64,000 bases of DNA. Source: an uncultured Caldisericales bacterium. GTDB taxonomy: Bacteria > Caldisericota > Caldisericia > JAAYUI01. Below are positions 57,931-64,000 of the stretch, piece by piece. The notes beneath the pieces were generated by a model that saw nothing but the letters and a program-made list of their open reading frames with translations, was not told where the DNA came from and did no database searches. The translations under genes and the position numbers were made by a program. Position 1 is the first letter of the stretch. Each line of letters begins with the position of its first letter. The DNA lies in contig CAZXEH010000005.1 of assembly GCA_964639885.1 (NCBI GenBank), positions 16,278 through 80,277 of the forward strand. Reading direction: 5' to 3'.

Positions 57931-58974
57931 ATGGATCGAGAGAAGATGTTTCTGGATGTAAAACGCATCAAGCGGGAGAGGGCTGCCGAGGGAAGAAGGA
58001 ATTTGCACGCTTTTTCGATTTTTGCAGTGCTTGCCGCTGCTCTTCTGTTCACAGTTGCAGCAATGATTGCTTTCCCTGGATTGATGCCAAAAACAACTGC
58101 ATCCACCGCCACTTTGATCAAGCAAGCAGACATGACCCAGACCAGGGTTCTCGACACCATAGACAGACTTGAACATCCATTCACAATTGTGCAAATTTCG
58201 ACACAATTGAGAAATTTATTTACAGTGGAACCAAACAAACAAATTGTGGCTCAAAAGGCACCAGAACCTGCAAAAACCGAAGCTCCGAAGGTTCAGGCAC
58301 CCCCACCCAAGCCAGCAAATACTCCAGCACCAGAAAAACAACCTACAACGACGACAAAACAAACTAACCCCAAAACCACTGTTGCATCGAAACCAACGAT
58401 TCAGGCTAAACCAAAACAAACGACGACAAAACCTGTACAAAAACCGTCTCAGGCAGTAGCAAAAACACCTGCTCCAACAAAGAAAAACGAGAAGAAAACG
58501 ATACTCAATCAGGTTGATGAATCAATACCAATCGCCGCCCTACCATCCAGACCTCCAGATGCCAACTACGGAATCCCTGAAAACTGGCCAATGGATTCAC
58601 CAGTCTCGGCACCGTACGGCTACCTTCCAGAACGCGGAAGATTCCATGCCGGCGTTGATCTCGAAGCACCACTCGGAACCCCGATTGAAGCAGCAGGTGC
58701 GGGGAAAGTCATCAGAGCTGAATGGTACGCCGGTTATGGCATGTGCGTTGACATTGAACATGCAAACGGCTACGTCACAAGATATGGCCACTTCTCAGAA
58801 ATATATGTGAAAAAAGGCCAGTGGGTCTCTGCCGGCGACTGGATTGGCGCTTGTGGCTCAACAGGCAACTCTACCTGTCCCCACCTTCATTTTGAGGTTT
58901 ACAAAAACGGCAGCTCCACTGATCCTGAGAGAATCAACTGGACAATGCGGAAGATGCCCCCAAAGGCATACTAG
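57931..58974 (+). CDS. M23-family (LytM-like) peptidase with a Pro/Thr/Lys-rich linker
   Basis: N-terminal TM helix and C-terminal HxxxD...HLHFE M23 motifs (GRFHAGVDL...CPHLHFEV). Start set to the ATG at 57931. Confidence 0.8.
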   Translation: MDREKMFLDVKRIKRERAAEGRRNLHAFSIFAVLAAALLFTVAAMIAFPGLMPKTTASTATLIKQADMTQTRVLDTIDRLEHPFTIVQISTQLRNLFTVEPNKQIVAQKAPEPAKTEAPKVQAPPPKPANTPAPEKQPTTTTKQTNPKTTVASKPTIQAKPKQTTTKPVQKPSQAVAKTPAPTKKNEKKTILNQVDESIPIAALPSRPPDANYGIPENWPMDSPVSAPYGYLPERGRFHAGVDLEAPLGTPIEAAGAGKVIRAEWYAGYGMCVDIEHANGYVTRYGHFSEIYVKKGQWVSAGDWIGACGSTGNSTCPHLHFEVYKNGSSTDPERINWTMRKMPPKAY

Positions 58975-59083
58975 ATATATCAGCTTTTACCTATAAAATA
59001 CCAATTTCAAAGGTTTGTTAAGAAGTTCCTCTTTTAAAGACCGCCCATCGGACAATAATGGGGTTTTGGAAAAAGAGGAAATC

Positions 59084-59860
59084 ATGAAAAGAAAAGAATA
59101 CTCCTGGATTAGTTTTGCCACTGTCATCGTTGCTGTTGTGACGTTTGCCCTTGCATTTGCCGGCACGCCCAAAAATGTTTTGGTTTGGGGCCAGTTCCCA
59201 TTGCTTCTGCTGATGATGCTTGCATCCTCCAGAACATTCTCAATTCTCAGGCTGGAAGGTCTTGTTGAAGGAAAAGTATGGCTCTGGCTGCTGTTTGCCA
59301 GCATCTTCACCTTTGCCGGAAACGTTCTTTTTGCAACCGGAAATCTTATGAATCCAATTTCAATCCCGGTCATAACGGTCAGCTCCGGACTCATGTTTTG
59401 CGCCTACGGATGCTTTATTATTGGCTTGATCCTTATGGGCAGATACGTCAGATCGGATGACAAAAAGTCTAGTCTACTCATTCCAGTGCTTGTTGTGATC
59501 GGTTTCATTGCTGTTGCTGGATTTTTCATGGTCAGGTCTTTTATTGGCTCAGAACTTGACGGCATCTTGAAAATCACTTTTTTTGTCTACCTTCTCGCCG
59601 ACGCCTTCCTGATTTTGGCCAACATCATAGTTGTCATGAGAACATTGGGCGGAACTCTTGGAAAACCATACCTCATATTGGCTGTTGGGTGTCTGTCCCT
59701 TGTTGCCTACCAGATGACTTCGTTGTTCATCCTCTCGGCTGGCGGTGACATCTTCAACAGCTGGATTCAAACTCTCTTCGTCATCGCCCTCACCATTCTC
59801 GCAATCGGTGCTGACGCAAGATACCAGCTCCAGAAAAACCTCAGCCTGAACGTAAAGTAA
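59084..59860 (+). CDS. Hypothetical polytopic membrane protein (about seven TM helices)
   Basis: ATG at 59084 with an AAGAGGAA RBS. Confidence 0.5.
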   Translation: MKRKEYSWISFATVIVAVVTFALAFAGTPKNVLVWGQFPLLLLMMLASSRTFSILRLEGLVEGKVWLWLLFASIFTFAGNVLFATGNLMNPISIPVITVSSGLMFCAYGCFIIGLILMGRYVRSDDKKSSLLIPVLVVIGFIAVAGFFMVRSFIGSELDGILKITFFVYLLADAFLILANIIVVMRTLGGTLGKPYLILAVGCLSLVAYQMTSLFILSAGGDIFNSWIQTLFVIALTILAIGADARYQLQKNLSLNVK

Positions 59861-59871
59861 TTCCCACCCAA

Positions 59872-59912
59872 CAATAACAAAAGCCCCCGAAAATTTCGGG
59901 GGCTTTTTATTT
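59872..59912. terminator. Bidirectional intrinsic terminator between convergent genes
   Basis: Stem gcccccg / cgggggc, loop aaaattt, then ttttt. An A-run upstream serves the opposite strand. Confidence 0.6.
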
Positions 59913-59923
59913 ATGAAATCAGA

Positions 59924-62563
59924 TTACCATTCGGCTTCAGGAACAATTCCAACATCACAATCGAGACCAAAACCAAGAGAGAGTTTGTGGTTGCCTGGTT
60001 CCTGGACTTCCTTCCACATGGCATTGTTTTTGAGCTTTGGCCAGCCTTCACCAATATTTGGCTCTTCCTTGCGAAGGTAGGTGTCGTTTCCGCCACGGTT
60101 GATGTAGATGCCGGCCGTCCATTCCTCATAACGATAATTGTCTGGTACCGGGCCGGTTCTCTGCATGCAGTAGCCGCATGTTGAGGAGGTCACAAAGTCA
60201 TAGGTGTCGTCGCCGGCGTAGTCGATGTGAACAGCAATCGAGTTTGTGATGGCCGAACCTACGAGGACACCGCCGCTCTGACGTTCCATTCCACCATCTT
60301 TTGTTGGCATCGGTTCGCCGAAGTAGTACTTGTCGTCGCCCTTCTTGTCGATGAACCAAGAGACCGAGAAGTCATGTGCTCCACCCTGCGAAATGGCTTT
60401 CCAGACTGTGTATGAGTCGTTGCCTGCATCATCAAGGAATGCCGTCAGACCCATGTGTGCTGTTCCTGACTGGACAAAGAAGCTTCCCTCGTAATGATCG
60501 TCGCCTTCGCAATCGTTTAGGATTCCGGTTCCGAACCAGTAGCCTGTCGCCTGGCCATAAACACCGCACTCGTACCAGTCATTGCCCTTGAGATCCTGAA
60601 GGATTCCAGTTCCGCCACCCATGCCGTGGCCGTCACCCATGTCCGAGCGTCTGCCCCAGCCTGCACCCTGGACAAAACAGTAGTTTCTGTCATTATCGTG
60701 TCCGCCGGTGCCCGGAGTGGTGAGGTTTTCCTTCGGGTTGCTCTTGCCGGTTTCACCGACATACTTGTCGTCGCCTTCGGTATCCAGAAGGGTTCCGCAA
60801 CCACCCTGGAAACCAAAGCCCTGAGCGCACATGAAGGCGTAATATGAGTCGTTTCCGCCGATGTTTACAAGCTGTCCGATGCCAAAACATGCAGCGCCCT
60901 GTGCCATGTTGCGCGCCTTGAAGGTGTCGTTTCCGCCTTCATCCCAGACCACACCAACGCCAAAGAAGCAGTGTCCCTGAGCGTTGTCGTAGGCGATGTA
61001 CGTATCGTTGCCTGCGTGATCCCAGAGGATGCCTGAACCGAGAATGCCTGAACCTTGTGAGCAGACGTCGTCTTTTGTCGATGTGTACTTGTCGTTTCCA
61101 GCCCAGTCCATGAGGATCGAAACCGGTCTTCTTGTTGTCCATGAAGCAGCGGCAGGGCCTGTGTAGGTGTCATCGCCGGCAAAGTCGATGATGCAGTAAT
61201 AATCCTTGCCGTTGTAGACGTTGTTTTCATTCTTACCATTGAATGCGAATTTTCCAAACGGAAGGGTGAGTTCAAACTTTACTCCTGAGATGTCGAGTTT
61301 TGCCCCTGGAATCGGCTGACCCTTTGCGTCGTTTCCGGTTGAGAAGTCTCGTGGGTCATTGAGGAAATCCTTGACCTCGCACATCTTCACAAGCAGCGGT
61401 GCGGTTCCGTAGTAAAGGTTGTTGAAATCATAGTCGGTCGCCATGTCAAACATGAGTTCGGCATCATCCTGAGGCATGACACTGATGAGGTACTTGTAGA
61501 ATTCAGGATCCTGGTAATCCCTGTCAGAGAGCTGGAGGTAACGGCCAACCTTTATGAGGTCTTCCCATCTGAACTGGGCGAGTTTTCTGAGCGCTCTCCT
61601 GTTGTACTTTGCTGTCCTGTCGATGTGGAGAAGAAGGTCTGCCATAAGTGACTGGACTTTCTTTGGAACTCCCCTGACAGCTTCGAAGTTTGCTTTCTTT
61701 ATTGTCTCAAGGTCTGGCGGAAGTTCAAAGGTGAATTTGTCTTTTGCATCCACGAGGCTCACACCAACGCCAAGGAGCTTGACAACTTCAAAGATCGGGA
61801 CAAGCAGTCTGCCTTCCTTTGAAATGAACGGTTTCGGAATGGTGTACGATTTTCCATTGACTACAGCTTTATCTGAGCCAACAGTCAGCTCAATATTCTT
61901 TTTGTCGGTGATTATCGTGTATTTCTTCTTGCCGACCTCCCACTTGGTTTCGACTTTTGCAAACAAGGGGACATATTTTGGCGTTACAAAGAGCACATTG
62001 TTGAGAACCTGCCCCTTGATCGAGTCCGCAACGGTTCCGTTGATTGTGATGTTTTCGGCGGTTATGACAATCTTTGTGTTCTCCTGGAAGCCCCAATCGT
62101 TTTTGTAGAGTTCATCGAGTGCTTTGGCAAGCGGTGCATTCTGGTCTACGTCCATAACCGGCATGTAGTTGGGGAAAGAAATCGTGAGGTAACCGGTTCT
62201 GACCTGGCCGAAGATGTTCATCTGGTAGATGCCATCTGGATAGTTCCATGAGGCCTTTGTACCATTGAGAACCCTGCGTGCCCATCTTGGGAAGTAGTAA
62301 GGCTTTTCCCAGCATTCCTTGAAGTGTGGAGCAAGCGCCACTGGTGTTGATCTTGCACAGATGTTGTCGATGGTGTAACGGGTGATGTGTGTGTCTTCAC
62401 GGGTGACATTCTGCTTTGCCAGAACGTACTGGATCAAATCAGTGTTTTCGTTCACTTCTTTTGCGATGTCGGCTTCAACATCGCCCCAGAGTTTGTCATC
62501 GCCCCTTGCAACGAAGGGGAGGCATAAAACCAAAGCTACAAGCACAATAAGCAACTTTCTCAT
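59924..62563 (-). CDS. Large secreted protein with a CAO-N-like domain and a C-terminal array of about 11 D-x-x-G-N-D-x-Y repeats
   Basis: Start at the ATG 62561-62563 (GGAGG RBS) with signal peptide MRKLLIVLVALVLCLPFVARG. Repeat units include DWAGNDKY, DHAGNDTY, DEGGNDTF, NIGGNDSY, DTEGDDKY, DLKGNDWY, DCEGDDHY, DDAGNDSY, DKKGDDKY, DYAGDDTY and NRGGNDTY, spaced about 28 aa apart. Confidence 0.65.
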   Translation of the reverse strand: MRKLLIVLVALVLCLPFVARGDDKLWGDVEADIAKEVNENTDLIQYVLAKQNVTREDTHITRYTIDNICARSTPVALAPHFKECWEKPYYFPRWARRVLNGTKASWNYPDGIYQMNIFGQVRTGYLTISFPNYMPVMDVDQNAPLAKALDELYKNDWGFQENTKIVITAENITINGTVADSIKGQVLNNVLFVTPKYVPLFAKVETKWEVGKKKYTIITDKKNIELTVGSDKAVVNGKSYTIPKPFISKEGRLLVPIFEVVKLLGVGVSLVDAKDKFTFELPPDLETIKKANFEAVRGVPKKVQSLMADLLLHIDRTAKYNRRALRKLAQFRWEDLIKVGRYLQLSDRDYQDPEFYKYLISVMPQDDAELMFDMATDYDFNNLYYGTAPLLVKMCEVKDFLNDPRDFSTGNDAKGQPIPGAKLDISGVKFELTLPFGKFAFNGKNENNVYNGKDYYCIIDFAGDDTYTGPAAASWTTRRPVSILMDWAGNDKYTSTKDDVCSQGSGILGSGILWDHAGNDTYIAYDNAQGHCFFGVGVVWDEGGNDTFKARNMAQGAACFGIGQLVNIGGNDSYYAFMCAQGFGFQGGCGTLLDTEGDDKYVGETGKSNPKENLTTPGTGGHDNDRNYCFVQGAGWGRRSDMGDGHGMGGGTGILQDLKGNDWYECGVYGQATGYWFGTGILNDCEGDDHYEGSFFVQSGTAHMGLTAFLDDAGNDSYTVWKAISQGGAHDFSVSWFIDKKGDDKYYFGEPMPTKDGGMERQSGGVLVGSAITNSIAVHIDYAGDDTYDFVTSSTCGYCMQRTGPVPDNYRYEEWTAGIYINRGGNDTYLRKEEPNIGEGWPKLKNNAMWKEVQEPGNHKLSLGFGLDCDVGIVPEAEW

Positions 62564-62706
62564 CAAACCTCCGAAAAAATGTTTCTTTATGAAAAAGATA
62601 TTAGGACTTTGACAAAGCAAATGCAAACACCAGAAAAAGGCGGTCATCACTGAATCGAACGAACAAGAGTTGCAAATTCTTGTAAAAATCGGTAACATTG
62701 CCACAA

Positions 62707-63108
62707 ATGGAAGTAATTGTACCCAACCAGGACGAGTTGATTGCCTTGGGCAGATGGTGGGGTGAAAGCCTGACCGGAAACGAGGTCATAGCACTCTCCG
62801 GCCCTCTTGGAGCCGGCAAGACAACCTTTGTCAAAGGGGTTGCAGCAGGCCTTGGCATCCCTGAAACCATTCTCAGCCCAACGTTTGTCCTTGTGTTTGA
62901 ATACAGTGGCAAGTTCAACCTCTTCCACTTCGACTGGTACAGGATCGACACGCAGAACGAAGTTGAGGAGCTTGGATTCTGGGACTACATTGAAAAACCT
63001 GGCATTAAGATCATTGAGTGGCCGGAGAAATTCATAAAACTGGTACCAAGTGATGCAAAATGGATAAGGATATCAATCGAGGGATCGGCCAGGAAAGTGA
63101 CCTGGTGA
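62707..63108 (+). CDS. tsaE: tRNA threonylcarbamoyladenosine biosynthesis protein TsaE
   Basis: P-loop LSGPLGAGKTTFVKG and PTFVLVFEY motifs. About 134 aa. Confidence 0.8.
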   Translation: MEVIVPNQDELIALGRWWGESLTGNEVIALSGPLGAGKTTFVKGVAAGLGIPETILSPTFVLVFEYSGKFNLFHFDWYRIDTQNEVEELGFWDYIEKPGIKIIEWPEKFIKLVPSDAKWIRISIEGSARKVTW

Positions 63109-63317
63109 CATACATTCTTGACATCGGCGAATCCGACATCTGGTTCATCCAGGGCGTGCTCGACACAGACGACAACCTCTGTCTGATCGACAAGACCACT
63201 ATGAACGGAAACCGAGGATCGATGAAGGTTCATCTGGACAAAAGGGTTGAGGCACAGTTCATCGAACTCCTTGAAACACTGAAGGGATCGTGCGATTTCA
63301 CCTATGCCCCTGCTTGA
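63060..63317 (+). CDS. Hypothetical small protein (70-85 aa)
   Basis: An alternative GTG start at 63105 overlaps the tsaE TGA as GTGA. No motif recognised. Confidence 0.3.
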   Translation: MDKDINRGIGQESDLVTYILDIGESDIWFIQGVLDTDDNLCLIDKTTMNGNRGSMKVHLDKRVEAQFIELLETLKGSCDFTYAPA

Positions 63318-63786
63318 ACCAAACTGGCACTTTCAAAAAGTCGCCGACATCCCAGTCGAACTAATAAAAAAACTCGCAATAAAGCTGGTTTTCATTGATG
63401 TGGACAACACCATTGCCCCCCGCGATTCAGATGATTTTGTAAAATCGGCAGTCGAGTGGATCGAAACGGTCAAAAAACTCGGAGTCACTTTTGCCTTCGT
63501 ATCAAACGGAATGCCAAAGCGTGTTGTCAGGGCATGCAAAATCCTGAAGATAAAAAATGTCTACCCCGGGCTTAAACCGTTTCCGTTTTCCTGGTGGATC
63601 GGGTTGCTCAGGTTTGGATGCAAACCATCAAGAGCAATTATGATCGGCGATCAGCTTCCAACCGACATCCTTGGCGCTCATCTGGCCGGAATCAGGGCAA
63701 TACTCGTCGATCCGGTGGATGCAAAGTCCGACGTGAAATGGACAAGGTTTACAAGGAAGTTCTTTGGTGACAGACGCAACGCTTAA
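63304..63786 (+). CDS. YqeG-like HAD-IIIA family phosphatase
   Basis: Motif I VFIDVDNTIAP. 160 aa. Motif IV at the C-terminus is GDQLPTDILGA. Confidence 0.7.
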   Translation: MPLLEPNWHFQKVADIPVELIKKLAIKLVFIDVDNTIAPRDSDDFVKSAVEWIETVKKLGVTFAFVSNGMPKRVVRACKILKIKNVYPGLKPFPFSWWIGLLRFGCKPSRAIMIGDQLPTDILGAHLAGIRAILVDPVDAKSDVKWTRFTRKFFGDRRNA

Positions 63787-64000
63787 ATATTGTGCCTGAC
63801 GATTTTTCCTTCAACCATGTAGATCACGTCTTCAGCAATGTTTGTCGTCTGATCAGCCACTCGTTCAAGGTAACGGCTGATGCTGATTGCATTGATGAGG
63901 CAATCATACTTGTCCGGGTATTTTTTCATGAGGTTTGAAACAAGCTGATAGACATACCTGTTGGTTTTGTCAATCTCCTCGTCCGAGTTGCACACTTCTC
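63783..64000 (-). CDS. phoU: Phosphate-transport regulator PhoU, C-terminal part only
   Basis: ERVADQTTNIAEDVIYMVEGKIVRH matches the PhoU C-terminal repeat. The N-terminus lies outside the window. Confidence 0.65.
   Translation of the reverse strand, partial: EVCNSDEEIDKTNRYVYQLVSNLMKKYPDKYDCLINAISISRYLERVADQTTNIAEDVIYMVEGKIVRHNI

Noticed and set aside
1-64000. CRISPR array or rRNA operon
   Set aside because: No regularly spaced direct repeats and no rRNA-like conserved stretches were observed. The only RNA gene recognised is tRNA-Trp.

Overview
This 64 kb window is a chromosomal segment of a bacterium with about 50% GC, lineage undetermined. Features called, in order:
- Oligopeptide/dipeptide ABC transporter locus on the minus strand: two paralogous substrate-binding proteins of about 720 aa, OppB, OppC, OppD, OppF, plus a partial third OppA-like binding protein at the window start.
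- Short dcw cell-wall cluster murD-ftsW-murG-murC-murB on the minus strand.
- On the plus strand: a gamma-carbonic-anhydrase-like protein, an NCS2 permease, a UPF0173 hydrolase, a SpoIIIAA-like ATPase with an R3H domain, proS, a GT2 glycosyltransferase with a long Arg/Asp/Gly-rich tail, and lpdA.
- An AT-rich single-gene island of about 1.9 kb encoding a 547-aa four-TM protein with no recognisable domain.
- selD carrying an in-frame TGA (selenocysteine) that the ORF track truncated, preceded in the same minus-strand run by two PEGA-domain membrane proteins.
- A seven-gene, overlap-coupled plus-strand operon behind a near-consensus promoter and a roughly 200-nt leader: DUF948, YtxH, AI-2E transporter, Cof-type HAD phosphatase, a surface protein, a radical SAM enzyme and a PDZ lipoprotein.
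- A conserved minus-strand cluster tRNA-Trp, secE, nusG, rplK, rplA, rplJ, rplL.
- An M23 peptidase, tsaE, a YqeG-like HAD phosphatase and a partial phoU at the window end.

Five large secreted proteins end in tandem domains resembling the copper-amine-oxidase N-terminal domain. One of them carries eleven copies of a roughly 28-aa D-x-x-G-N-D-x-Y repeat.

No CRISPR array, rRNA gene, transposase or integrase was seen. The most interesting items are the AT-rich island, the Sec-containing selD, the radical SAM gene coupled to a surface protein, OppD with a 180-aa insert, and the GT2 tail.
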